Positions 36,994 through 45,652 of a stretch of 64,000 nt of DNA are shown here, in pieces. A model generated the notes under the pieces. It did no database searches. It had not been told where the DNA came from and was given only the letters and a program-made list of their open reading frames with translations. Numbering within the stretch: the first letter of the stretch is position 1; each line of letters starts with the position of its first letter. Source of the DNA: a virus. The translations under genes were made by a program, and so were the position numbers. Location of the stretch: positions 1 to 64,000 of IMG/VR virus record IMGVR_UViG_3300050821_005814; one strand, 5' to 3'.

Positions 36994-37605
36994 TTAGGTC
37001 GGACGCTCTGTCCAGACGACCTCGCACCCAATGGACGACCCAGCTTGGAACGACGTGGCTGCGCCGTTGATCGCAAGGAAGTTGCCGGGCTTGATGATGA
37101 TGTCCTTGTCGGTCGCTGAGTCCCGCGCCATGTCGAAGATTGCTGCATTGGACGGGCCGGACGACGCGAGCACAGTTGTGCCAAGCAGACCAGCGCGCAC
37201 GATGCCGAGTGATGTGCCAAGCGACGCAGGGTTGGCCGTGTACTTCGCGACGGTTGCAGTCGATGTCGGATCACGCGAGTCATAAGGCGTTGGCGTGACG
37301 GCAGCCGATGTACCACCGGTATTTGCCGTGCTGCGCAGGATGAGCTCAACGAGGTCCGCGCCGTTTGCCGTCGACGCACCAAAGCATGACACATGCCGCA
37401 CATGCACGAACAACGACGGGTTGGACGATCCGGACAATGTCAGGATGTCAGTCGGGGACGCAGCAGGCGTCAAGCCGGTGAAGATCGCCGAGTATGTCGG
37501 GTAGGACGATGGGATGGTGACGACGTTGTCATACGCCATTGCTGGCAGCGCAACAGCGACTGCCAATGCAGCAACGGCTCCGAGGAGGAAACGCCTCATG
37601 ATCAA
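36994..37605 (-). CDS. Signal-peptide protein, S/T-rich beta-sandwich
   Basis: MRRFLLGAVAALAVAVALPAMA|YD; AAGGAG RBS; two Cys. Confidence 0.65.
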   Translation of the reverse strand: MIMRRFLLGAVAALAVAVALPAMAYDNVVTIPSSYPTYSAIFTGLTPAASPTDILTLSGSSNPSLFVHVRHVSCFGASTANGADLVELILRSTANTGGTSAAVTPTPYDSRDPTSTATVAKYTANPASLGTSLGIVRAGLLGTTVLASSGPSNAAIFDMARDSATDKDIIIKPGNFLAINGAATSFQAGSSIGCEVVWTERPT

Positions 37606-37627
37606 AGCTCCTTATGAAAGTTGGTAG

Positions 37628-37990
37628 TCAACGTGAGATCAGAGGGATCTCCCCTCGTAGTTCTGCAAGCGCCCCCGCGATACCCGTCCCTGTCGAATAG
37701 CCATCGGACGGACCAAGAGGCGGCACAGCAGCACCAAACCCCTCCCATGTCTTGATGACCTTAGGAGGGAGTAACGATGAATCGACTGGATAGTCGCCGA
37801 GCTCCTTGACTGCCTCAAGGGCAGTCATCGGCTCAATGCGACCATCCTGGATCAGGCGCATGATTGAATCGACTGTCATCTGCAGTCGATTAGCTTGCAC
37901 AAGCGCGACTACCTGCGCCGGACCGATGAACTCAAGGACCCACACCCGCCGCGCTTGCTCTACTGTCAGCTCCATCAGAAGTTCGTCCAT
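37628..37990 (-). CDS. Hypothetical protein
   Basis: 120 aa; GGGGG RBS. Confidence 0.5.
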   Translation of the reverse strand: MDELLMELTVEQARRVWVLEFIGPAQVVALVQANRLQMTVDSIMRLIQDGRIEPMTALEAVKELGDYPVDSSLLPPKVIKTWEGFGAAVPPLGPSDGYSTGTGIAGALAELRGEIPLISR

Positions 37991-37999
37991 GCTATCCCC

Positions 38000-38335
38000 C
38001 TATGTTCCGCGAAAGATACCGTCTGTCAGCCACCCATGCCATTTGCATCCATGCGTACGCAAAATAGATGGTGTAGTCGTTGGCTTGTCTTCACTTCCGT
38101 TCCATGCCCATGCCTTCCCATATGCAGGATTGACTGTGACCGCTGCGATAGCGCCGCACCCGCATGGACATGTGAACCACAACGACGCAATCTTACCATC
38201 CGATCCGCGCATCCAGACGCCTGTGCCAGGTTCTAAGTCGCGACGGTAGTATACGCCATCTTCATAGTGCCGCTCCTCGTACTCGAGAAACAGCACTCGA
38301 TAGTCGACAAGCTTGAGCGGCACATCCGCCATCAC
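38000..38335 (-). CDS. DUF6527-like Cys/His protein
   Basis: FTCPCGCG...WAWNG...PTTTPSI....CKWHGWLTDG signature. Confidence 0.7.
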   Translation of the reverse strand: MMADVPLKLVDYRVLFLEYEERHYEDGVYYRRDLEPGTGVWMRGSDGKIASLWFTCPCGCGAIAAVTVNPAYGKAWAWNGSEDKPTTTPSILRTHGCKWHGWLTDGIFRGT

Positions 38336-38571
38336 ACACCCTTGTGAAAGTGAATGTGTATGCCGCGCTTTGGCTTGAGCTTTTTGACTGCAGGCGCAGC
38401 AGTCGCTGCTTCATCATCATCAGCAGCAAGCGGATCAAAGCCAAGCAACGCGACTACATCGTCTGGCGTCTTCGCTAGCGGCTCATCATCATCCGAACTG
38501 TCATCTTCGGACGGCATCACCTGCTGCTCGCTGATTGCGCCAACATGCACGTCAGGTAGGTCGTCAGACAT
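38332..38571 (-). CDS. Small acidic head-region protein
   Basis: Start ATG 38571; TPDDVVALLGFDP motif; C-terminal IHIHFH. Confidence 0.55.
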   Translation of the reverse strand: MSDDLPDVHVGAISEQQVMPSEDDSSDDDEPLAKTPDDVVALLGFDPLAADDDEAATAAPAVKKLKPKRGIHIHFHKGV

Positions 38572-39535
38572 TTGCATTGCCCCACGGCGCAAACACGACA
38601 GGCGAGATGTAGCTTTGCAGCGCGACGGTTGGCGTGTTGCCAAGCTTCGCTGCGACGACTTTCGCTACCTGCATGACAGCCTTCTTGTAGCCCGTCGCAT
38701 TTGCAGGCGGTGCGACCTTCGTGACTTCCTTCATCGCAGTCTTGGTGCCAACGAGTGTGCGAAAGTCTTTCGTCTTGAACCCGCCGCCGAATGAGTGCAC
38801 GTAGTCGAGCAAGCTCTTCTGATTGACGTTACCAAACAGGCGGCCGTTGTTTCCCGCTGCCTGCTTACGCTCGCGCAGCATCTTGCTGAGCGATGGGTCT
38901 TCAACTGGTAGGTCCAACGCAACGCCCTTCTTACCAACAAACTTGAGCGACACCTTATTACCCATGACGACTACATGCTGCCCCTCAAGTGTCGTCGCAC
39001 CATATGCCTTCACCTTCGCCTGCGTGTCCGTGTCCGACCCAGGACGCACGCCCATATCCATGATGAGCGCTGTAACATCGCCCAATGCACGATGCGTCGG
39101 GTTGCTGGACTTACGCATCTTCTCATTCTGCAAGCGAATGGTAGACAGCTTCGCGTCAAGTGTCTTGATGCGTGCGAACTTAGCAGCCGCCTGCTTCGCT
39201 GCATGCGACTCGGAGTAGACGTATTGCGTGCGTCCCGCCGCATCCTTGCCCGTCACCTGCAACGGCGCCTGGGGGTCTTCACTATAGGTGACATCCTTCC
39301 ATGCGGGAGGGATGCGTAGCTTGGCTATGTGCGCTGGCAGCTCACCGCCACCCTTCGCCTTGAAGCCGTTGGGGGTCTTCTCCGCTGACGTGTGCCCGCT
39401 AGCACCGCCGCCTTTGGGTGCAAACTCGCCAGCGTTCTCCGGTTGACCCCGCGGATGCTGCGACGACTCCCATGAGACGTCGACAACATGCACAAGCGAT
39501 CCCTTACTATCTAGCCAGAGGTGCACGCTAGGCAT
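38564..39535 (-). CDS. DNA topoisomerase IB (bacterial/poxvirus type) with N-terminal HPRG leader
   Basis: IPPAW.DV, LQVTG.DAAGR.QY.Y, GVRPG (Arg), YGATTL, FVGKKG (Lys), KDFRT (Arg), LGNTP....SYI (Asn, Tyr); ATG 39535 overlaps MuF stop. Confidence 0.9.
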   Translation of the reverse strand: MPSVHLWLDSKGSLVHVVDVSWESSQHPRGQPENAGEFAPKGGGASGHTSAEKTPNGFKAKGGGELPAHIAKLRIPPAWKDVTYSEDPQAPLQVTGKDAAGRTQYVYSESHAAKQAAAKFARIKTLDAKLSTIRLQNEKMRKSSNPTHRALGDVTALIMDMGVRPGSDTDTQAKVKAYGATTLEGQHVVVMGNKVSLKFVGKKGVALDLPVEDPSLSKMLRERKQAAGNNGRLFGNVNQKSLLDYVHSFGGGFKTKDFRTLVGTKTAMKEVTKVAPPANATGYKKAVMQVAKVVAAKLGNTPTVALQSYISPVVFAPWGNANV

Positions 39536-40322
39536 TTGGAATGACAGGCTCCGGATAGCAGCGACAGTTGTAGATAGCACCGGGATGCGCGCGTTCGCCG
39601 TTGCTACCAGCGATTGGCGGGGCATCCCAGCGATGAAACGTACCCTCAAGCTTCTTATGCAGCGGACGCACATTCCAGTCGTGGGCCGTACGCCAGATAT
39701 ATCCCTCAGACCCGATCTGCTTAGCGCGCGCTTGCGTGAGCGTTGTCGCAGCGCGAGTCGTTTCAGTGCGCGCTATCGTGTCAGCGCGCGACTTAGCAAC
39801 CTCACCCGACAACATGATCTGCTTTGCAAGTACTTCTGCCCGCTGACCGCTATAGAGCTGACCCGTCGCAATGGCTTGCACACGCTTCGCTGCTTCAAGG
39901 GGCAGCGATGTGATCAAGTCAACCTGCTCATCAAGCAACTGCCGCATGATCTCGCCAGTCGGCGTTTCAGCGAGCTCCTTGCGCAGCTCAAGCCCCATGA
40001 AGCGCGCGTACTGCGCCCATGCTTTCTCATCGCGACGTGACACGTCAGCAAGTAGTGACGCGGATATCGCGCGCGCCCAGGGACGCAGGATGACGGAATA
40101 CCGATCAAGCAAACGCGTCAATGTGTCCAGGTCATGCGGACTACCGCTCGCCATACCCTTGACGAGATCGCCTATGTGCTTTGCAACGCTGCGTAACTGC
40201 ACCGTGAACTTAACCTCAGCATTGCGTACTCTAGCAAATGCCTCGCGCTCCTTGCGCGTATCCCGCCGCGCGTCACCCACTCTAGCTGCGGGCAACGACA
40301 ACGGCGGGAGAGCATCAGGCAT
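39528..40322 (-). CDS. MuF/SPP1 gp7-like head morphogenesis protein
   Basis: RADTIARTE, GYIWRTAHD..VR..H..LEG, HPGAIYNCRC signature. Confidence 0.9.
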   Translation of the reverse strand: MPDALPPLSLPAARVGDARRDTRKEREAFARVRNAEVKFTVQLRSVAKHIGDLVKGMASGSPHDLDTLTRLLDRYSVILRPWARAISASLLADVSRRDEKAWAQYARFMGLELRKELAETPTGEIMRQLLDEQVDLITSLPLEAAKRVQAIATGQLYSGQRAEVLAKQIMLSGEVAKSRADTIARTETTRAATTLTQARAKQIGSEGYIWRTAHDWNVRPLHKKLEGTFHRWDAPPIAGSNGERAHPGAIYNCRCYPEPVIPNA

Positions 40323-40331
40323 CGCTTGACT

Positions 40332-40703
40332 TTACGCAGCGGCCGGGGGCGGAGGCGGAGGCGTCGCTGCTGCCACAGCCGCATTGAGGTCATTTGTCAA
40401 CGTCGAGAGCTGACTGGACAGCGATGCCATCTGCGCGAGCTGGGCTGGCGTTGCAGTACCGCCACCTGACGCGACTTCCTGCTGCAAGGTGACGACCTGC
40501 GCAGCAAGCGAAGAGATCTCAGTAGCAGCTCCAGTCACGGCAGTCGTCAGCGTCGCAACGTTTGCCGCTTCAGTCGTCAGTTCGTTCTGCAAGTTGTCGG
40601 ACATCTGTATCACCTTCTGTAGTTGCTGTTGAAGGTTGGCCACCTCCCCCTGGACTATGGCCAACTGTGCAGGTGTCGCCCAGGGTAGTCTAAATAGAGG
40701 CAT
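40332..40703 (-). CDS. Coiled-coil hypothetical protein
   Basis: 123 aa; heptad pattern; AGGAG RBS. Confidence 0.55.
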   Translation of the reverse strand: MPLFRLPWATPAQLAIVQGEVANLQQQLQKVIQMSDNLQNELTTEAANVATLTTAVTGAATEISSLAAQVVTLQQEVASGGGTATPAQLAQMASLSSQLSTLTNDLNAAVAAATPPPPPPAAA

Positions 40704-40728
40704 CGGCGATCTCCTCTGCCACTAACCT

Positions 40729-41025
40729 CTATCTGATCGATGGCGTAGGCACGCGATCACAGAGCAGTGACTCAAGCTCTAGCATACGCTTGTGCGAGTC
40801 ATTCAAAAGCTCGGTGAGAGTACGAGCACGATGCTGCACAGTAGGTTGCGCCGCTTTCTTCTCGCTAACGCTGCTCACAGCTTGCAAATGCGTGCCGCGC
40901 ACTTCAACAAGAAGTGTGTCCAACCGATCGCGCAGATTCGATGCGGACATGAGCTGCTCAGACAGCTCTTCCGCAAGGTTGAATGCGCGATCTTCTGTTT
41001 GTCCGGCTTGGTTCATCTGGTTCAT
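40729..41025 (-). CDS. Hypothetical coiled-coil protein
   Basis: 98 aa; GGAGGGAG RBS. Confidence 0.55.
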   Translation of the reverse strand: MNQMNQAGQTEDRAFNLAEELSEQLMSASNLRDRLDTLLVEVRGTHLQAVSSVSEKKAAQPTVQHRARTLTELLNDSHKRMLELESLLCDRVPTPSIR

Positions 41026-41040
41026 GCTACTCTCCCTCCT

Positions 41041-43098
41041 CTACTTCACGGCGCGAACTGGCGGCTCACCTCGCCCATAGCGATGGTTGTCAAGCCATCC
41101 CTTGAGCGCTGCGACAGTCATCTGGCGAATAGTGCCGATGCGGTCTGATCCCCGACCATCAGAGAACGCTGCTTTGTATGCAGTCAGCGCTTGCTCGCGC
41201 GACGAGAAGCGCAGCATGCACTTGTGCTCATCGAACACACCGCTATCTGGGTTCAATTGCTCGATCACCCAACACTGCTCCTGCTTCTCGTCGTCGCCGA
41301 TGAAGCAATCCATTTGCTCGCGAGGACCTTCAGCCGATGATGTGCCACTAATATACCCATAATGCGCAGGCATCACTGTCGACCAGCCATACCCTTTGCG
41401 CGCCTCGCCTTTCGGCGTCTCGATGATGCATGTCAGCGGCCCGACATCGACCATGCTGAGCGCATCCATCTGCCGCGCGCGAATGATGTGGCGCAGGAGT
41501 AGCGCATTGCCTGACAACGGGATGCCTTGATCGTCTGTGTCGTCGGGTTTCTCGCTTTCAGCCTGCGGTCCCTCGAGCAGCGGTTCTGTGTTCTCACCAG
41601 CAGCGGGGGTCTGGGTGCTTTCAGGCATCGCGGGAGCAGCGCCGCTCATGCCTGGACCTCCCTGCATTGGCATCCCTGTCTGCGGATCGACCTCTGGCTG
41701 TCCAGGCAGAGGCGCTAATGCGTCGGCCTGTTCCGCCATGTCGAGATCTTCGTCCGTGATGTTGCTGCCAAACCCTGTGATGCGCGAGGACTGGCGAATC
41801 TCCATCATAGCGGTCTTCAGCGTGAAGACGCGATCCTGCAGTAGATTGCTCGTCGCACCTGCGATCGTGCCGGCGATCTGCGACTTCTCGAGCTCAGTCA
41901 ACTGCCATAGCGGCGCAAACTTGTAGTTGAACCCATCTGGCAGCGGTTCACCAAAATGCGACTGATGCGTGATGTGGAATAGGCGTGTGACAAACCGCCG
42001 CAAGCGCGCTTCCTGTTGGCTGCGCGTACCATCATAGTAATTGCGCAGGTCGCTATCGCCAGTCGAGTTCAGTCCTGCAGGCGACTGCGCGAACAAGCGC
42101 GTCATGGGAATGTCAGCGGCACCCGCGACCTGCTGCCCGAATTGCAGCATCATGTCGGACAGCCCAGCAAACGTGTATGACTGCGACTCAAAGTCGTCGG
42201 CTTTGTCAAGGACCGTCATGCCCTCAATCGACTGCATGACACGTATGAGCTGCATGAACTGCTTGACAGCATCCGCCATCTTGCCGCCAGCAGCGATGAT
42301 CTCCCGCAGGTTCTCAATCTTGAGTACGCGTAGGTGCGCTTTGTAGATGAGCTGCGCAGCGCCTTGCGTTGACGAGTCGAATGCGATCATGCGATCGAAC
42401 ACCGGCTCGATCACCGACGCACCCCAACCATTCTCAGTGATCAACTGCCAGTAGGGCAGCTCAATGCCATCCAAGCGTATGCAACGCGAATGGTGAATCT
42501 TCATATTGGGGATTGACCGCGCATCAGCGACCGTGTCATAGAACTTTGGCATACCAAAGTCAGGCCCGAAGTCAGTCACGGGGTTTTCGATATGCGGCCA
42601 TACCATCCAGCGATCGAGGACGAGTATTCCCTTGAACTGATTTTTGCTGACAGTCTCAACGCGCAAGGGGGTTGAGATGTCCTGCCCCTCAATCATGATG
42701 ACGCCAAGCGCACCGCCATACAGGCGCGACCACTTGAGCACACTATTGAGCCGCGACCAAATCTGCAAGTCGTTCCAATACTGGTTCAGCGAGTCAATGC
42801 GGTCGGGCGGCATGTCCGACTCAATGTTGACCCCTTCCCGCGTCATGTCGTCAGCGACTACGTCAACGACCTTGCGCACGAGCCATGCGCCACGATACAT
42901 CCACTCGAGTAGCGTATGGTTGCGGCTGAGCGGATTAAACCCATAGGTCGACGCGGACGAAAGGTTGTTCGTGCCATACCCAAGGTTAGCAGCAAAGTTC
43001 TGGAAGCTGTCTGCTGTACGCACACGCGCGATGGAGTCGCTCGTGTATGCCTGCACGCGCACGCGCGGCTTGATAGGTGCGATAGGCGCGTCACTCAC
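41041..43098 (-). CDS. Portal protein (DUF1073-like) fused to C-terminal inorganic-pyrophosphatase-like domain
   Basis: MYRGAWLVRKVVDVVADDMTREG, WSRLYGG, IHHSR, IPMTRLF.QSPAG..STG.SD.RNYYD; C-term IETPKG...HYGYI.GT...DCFIG...DEHKCML. Likely start GTG 43098 (GTGA overlap); track start 43164. Confidence 0.88.
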   Translation of the reverse strand: MSDAPIAPIKPRVRVQAYTSDSIARVRTADSFQNFAANLGYGTNNLSSASTYGFNPLSRNHTLLEWMYRGAWLVRKVVDVVADDMTREGVNIESDMPPDRIDSLNQYWNDLQIWSRLNSVLKWSRLYGGALGVIMIEGQDISTPLRVETVSKNQFKGILVLDRWMVWPHIENPVTDFGPDFGMPKFYDTVADARSIPNMKIHHSRCIRLDGIELPYWQLITENGWGASVIEPVFDRMIAFDSSTQGAAQLIYKAHLRVLKIENLREIIAAGGKMADAVKQFMQLIRVMQSIEGMTVLDKADDFESQSYTFAGLSDMMLQFGQQVAGAADIPMTRLFAQSPAGLNSTGDSDLRNYYDGTRSQQEARLRRFVTRLFHITHQSHFGEPLPDGFNYKFAPLWQLTELEKSQIAGTIAGATSNLLQDRVFTLKTAMMEIRQSSRITGFGSNITDEDLDMAEQADALAPLPGQPEVDPQTGMPMQGGPGMSGAAPAMPESTQTPAAGENTEPLLEGPQAESEKPDDTDDQGIPLSGNALLLRHIIRARQMDALSMVDVGPLTCIIETPKGEARKGYGWSTVMPAHYGYISGTSSAEGPREQMDCFIGDDEKQEQCWVIEQLNPDSGVFDEHKCMLRFSSREQALTAYKAAFSDGRGSDRIGTIRQMTVAALKGWLDNHRYGRGEPPVRAVK

Positions 43099-43394
43099 TT
43101 GCTTGACATCTCCTGCTGCTGCTGACGTAGTAATGCCAGCGCTTGGCTCAGCTTGCTGCTGCACTCGTCAAGGCGGTCGGCAGTCAGCGCACGCACATCC
43201 TCGTTCTTGTTAGCGTACTCAATGATGGAGTCGAAGGTCCGGGGTTGTTTAGGCTTCACGATAGCAGCGGGATGCGGCGCGCACCCCTGCTCGAGATCTG
43301 CAGGAAGGTGCATGTAAGGCGCAGTCGTTGCTTGCTGCGGCGCATGCGTGCAGCAGCTAAACATCATCAACAGGCTTGCAGGAACCAGACGCAA
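43095..43394 (-). CDS. Putative o-spanin/Rz1-like lipoprotein
   Basis: Short hydrophobic leader ending LMMFSC, Pro-rich segment, LPADL..GC..P and L.EC motif. Confidence 0.45.
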   Translation of the reverse strand: MRLVPASLLMMFSCCTHAPQQATTAPYMHLPADLEQGCAPHPAAIVKPKQPRTFDSIIEYANKNEDVRALTADRLDECSSKLSQALALLRQQQQEMSSK

Positions 43395-43397
43395 GGA

Positions 43398-43895
43398 TCA
43401 GTGCCCTCTGCCAGTCAGCGGTGTGTTGCTTGCCTTCTCAATCTGCTCAACGCGTACCTCGTGATTGACGTCATGCTGTTCAAGCGTATTGAGGCGCTTG
43501 CTTGATTCGCCCTGCTCCGCCTGCAGTGACGCAATCTGCTGACGCAAGACATCCAGCTGATCAGCGCGCGGACCAGCACCAACGGCTGCTGCTAGTGCTT
43601 GTGTCTGCTTTGCGAGCTCTTGCATTGAGGCTGTCACCATAGTCACACGCTCATTGATCGTCTGCACCTGCGCGGCCGTCTTCGCGGCATTGACGTCATC
43701 CCGCGAGAACACGCCAGACAAGCCAAGGATGAGCGTCAGCGTCGCAGCAGCAGCGCCAATGATGATTGCGACCGCTTGCCATGCCGACGCGTTACGTTCG
43801 AAATGTTGCCGAGCTCCATCAACCACTTTTTTGCCCCATGTCTTTGGCTCGCGGTTAACTACCTCATCAAGTTTGATGATCGACGCCAGTTGCAT
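43398..43895 (-). CDS. Membrane-anchored coiled-coil protein (possible i-spanin)
   Basis: One TM helix followed by coiled coil; adjacent to lipoprotein gene. Confidence 0.4.
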   Translation of the reverse strand: MQLASIIKLDEVVNREPKTWGKKVVDGARQHFERNASAWQAVAIIIGAAAATLTLILGLSGVFSRDDVNAAKTAAQVQTINERVTMVTASMQELAKQTQALAAAVGAGPRADQLDVLRQQIASLQAEQGESSKRLNTLEQHDVNHEVRVEQIEKASNTPLTGRGH

Positions 43896-44012
43896 CGGAA
43901 GCCTCCTTCAGCATTGGGTTGAGCGAGCAACAAAAATGCTGCTCGCCGCTCGCGTTGCTTAAATGATAGCTCCCGGACCTTAGCGCCCCAAAGCGGGGCG
44001 ACATATTGCTAG

Positions 44013-44384
44013 CTAATGCAGGTCGCTAAGAATTGACTCCTTGTGCGTGATCCGAGGCTGGATCATGCCAAAGAACATGCCTTGAATCAGCGTGCCGTAC
44101 CAATGCCAGATGCCTGCCTCGCTTACCGGAGATACAAACACAGGCGTGTTGAGAGTGACATTAGGCCATTCCCCGCGCACTGTCCACTCAGGACGTCCGC
44201 GCCCATGACCAACAAAATGTATAAGACCGTGCCGACCACAACCACACGGGCATGCAAAGCGGACAGCGGATGGCGTTTCATCGTCATCCCAGTACAAGAA
44301 GTGGAACGCACCCGGCTGGCGCTTGATGATGTCTGTCGACGTCGCTGGCACCTCGAACGCTTGCACTTGTAAGCCAGTCCTCAT
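44013..44384 (-). CDS. Second DUF6527-like protein
   Basis: Start ATG 44384 with GAGGGGG RBS; FACPCGCG...W...G....TL...WHWYGTL. Confidence 0.5.
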   Translation of the reverse strand: MRTGLQVQAFEVPATSTDIIKRQPGAFHFLYWDDDETPSAVRFACPCGCGRHGLIHFVGHGRGRPEWTVRGEWPNVTLNTPVFVSPVSEAGIWHWYGTLIQGMFFGMIQPRITHKESILSDLH

Positions 44385-44718
44385 TTGATCCCCCCTCAGA
44401 AGGCAGCAATGGTACGGTGCGCGTGCCGAAAGGTATCTCGCCGCGCACACGATCAACCATCTCATTGCTATTGGGCGGCAAGTACATGCGCTTCCAGTCA
44501 GGCGTTGTCGGGGGCGGCGCGGCATTAGCTGCCAATGCTTGCGTGATCTGAGTATGACTCGGTAATCCCAAGCGTAAGCGGCGGTCAGCAATCGTGTGTA
44601 CGTTGATACCCATGCGTTCAGCTATGTCAGTGTTACGCAGGGGCGGGCGGAGATTGCAGAGAGCTATTAGCTCAGCATCACGCTTAGGCCAGTACAAAGA
44701 CGATCCACGTATAGGCAT
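44284..44718 (-). CDS. GcrA-like HTH protein
   Basis: W...DAELIAL.....NTDIAERMGINVHTIADRRLRLGL matches the GcrA N-terminal HTH pattern. Confidence 0.5.
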   Translation of the reverse strand: MPIRGSSLYWPKRDAELIALCNLRPPLRNTDIAERMGINVHTIADRRLRLGLPSHTQITQALAANAAPPPTTPDWKRMYLPPNSNEMVDRVRGEIPFGTRTVPLLPSEGGSNEDWLTSASVRGASDVDRHHQAPAGCVPLLVLG

Positions 44719-44730
44719 TAGCGCGCATCC

Positions 44731-45057
44731 CTAAGGCACTTTCGCAATCGCATGGCATATATCGCCAACCTCATACCAGACCATCCAAGCACGCGTGCCG
44801 TTCGCTAGCAGCACTTGCTTTGAGCAGGATGAGTAGTCGCCTTCCTGCTGATGCTTGATAGTCGGATCAGCAACCAATTGCGGCGCAAACGGTGCGACAT
44901 GGTCATCGAGAAACTGCACAGTCCATGCGCCGCAGAAGAATAGCACCATGAGCGCTATGGTTGTGATCAACGCCCAAAGACCGCGCGGCGCATGCTTCTC
45001 ATTGATGATAGGCGGCAGCACGCGTTGCAGTTTGCCGTGTCGATGCACATACATCAT
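44731..45057 (-). CDS. Small membrane protein (paralogue of 45377-45652)
   Basis: TM helix plus C-term C....LL.NGT....VW.E.GD.CH. Confidence 0.5.
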   Translation of the reverse strand: MMYVHRHGKLQRVLPPIINEKHAPRGLWALITTIALMVLFFCGAWTVQFLDDHVAPFAPQLVADPTIKHQQEGDYSSCSKQVLLANGTRAWMVWYEVGDICHAIAKVP

Positions 45058-45410
45058 TGCGTACCCATCTTGAGCGCCTCAGCAAGCGTGAGTTCACCCC
45101 ATGTGCAATCAACGCCATACCCTTCGCCGCGTTCAACTGCTTGCCGCGCATTAGCATGCGCAAACATCACATAGGCTTTAGCGGCACCATGCGCGTAGGC
45201 ATACCGCCCACCTTGAGGAGGCGTGCGAAGTTGCATGCCTCGCGGCGAGTACATGCGAAACACATCACCCGCCTTGAGATCACGCACCTCAACATACGAC
45301 CACTTCTCGGACACACGGTCGTAGCGCATAGCGTACGTCCGCTCATCTTTCGGCGTCTCCGGCCACTCGTCATCCATCAGCGCGGCTTCACTTCTGCGAG
45401 CTCGTGACAA
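45054..45410 (-). CDS. Hypothetical protein
   Basis: ORF in tightly packed run with overlapping stops/starts. Confidence 0.45.
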   Translation of the reverse strand: MSRARRSEAALMDDEWPETPKDERTYAMRYDRVSEKWSYVEVRDLKAGDVFRMYSPRGMQLRTPPQGGRYAYAHGAAKAYVMFAHANARQAVERGEGYGVDCTWGELTLAEALKMGTQ

Positions 45411-45652
45411 GTATCACCCGCCTCAGCCCAGACGATCTCGGCGACAGTACCATCAGACAGCAGCGCTTCACCAGCGCATGCGACCTTGCCGCTACTCCTG
45501 CCAATCGTAGCAGGCGGCGCTGACGAACGTACTATGGCTGACAGCACAGACGCATGCACAGGCGGCGGATCATCGACTGCGCTCACGAACATTACTATAG
45601 ATGCGCCGCCTAGCAGCGCTACCACGACCCACGTGAGCAGCGCGCGGATCAT
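45377..45652 (-). CDS. Small membrane protein (paralogue of 44731-45057)
   Basis: TM helix plus C....LLSDGT....VW.E.GD.CH. Confidence 0.5.
   Translation of the reverse strand: MIRALLTWVVVALLGGASIVMFVSAVDDPPPVHASVLSAIVRSSAPPATIGRSSGKVACAGEALLSDGTVAEIVWAEAGDTCHELAEVKPR

Noticed and set aside
39536-39673. Upstream extension of the topoisomerase ORF in the track
   Set aside because: Overlaps the conserved MuF C-terminus; ATG at 39535 is the more plausible start and no clear slippery site was seen.
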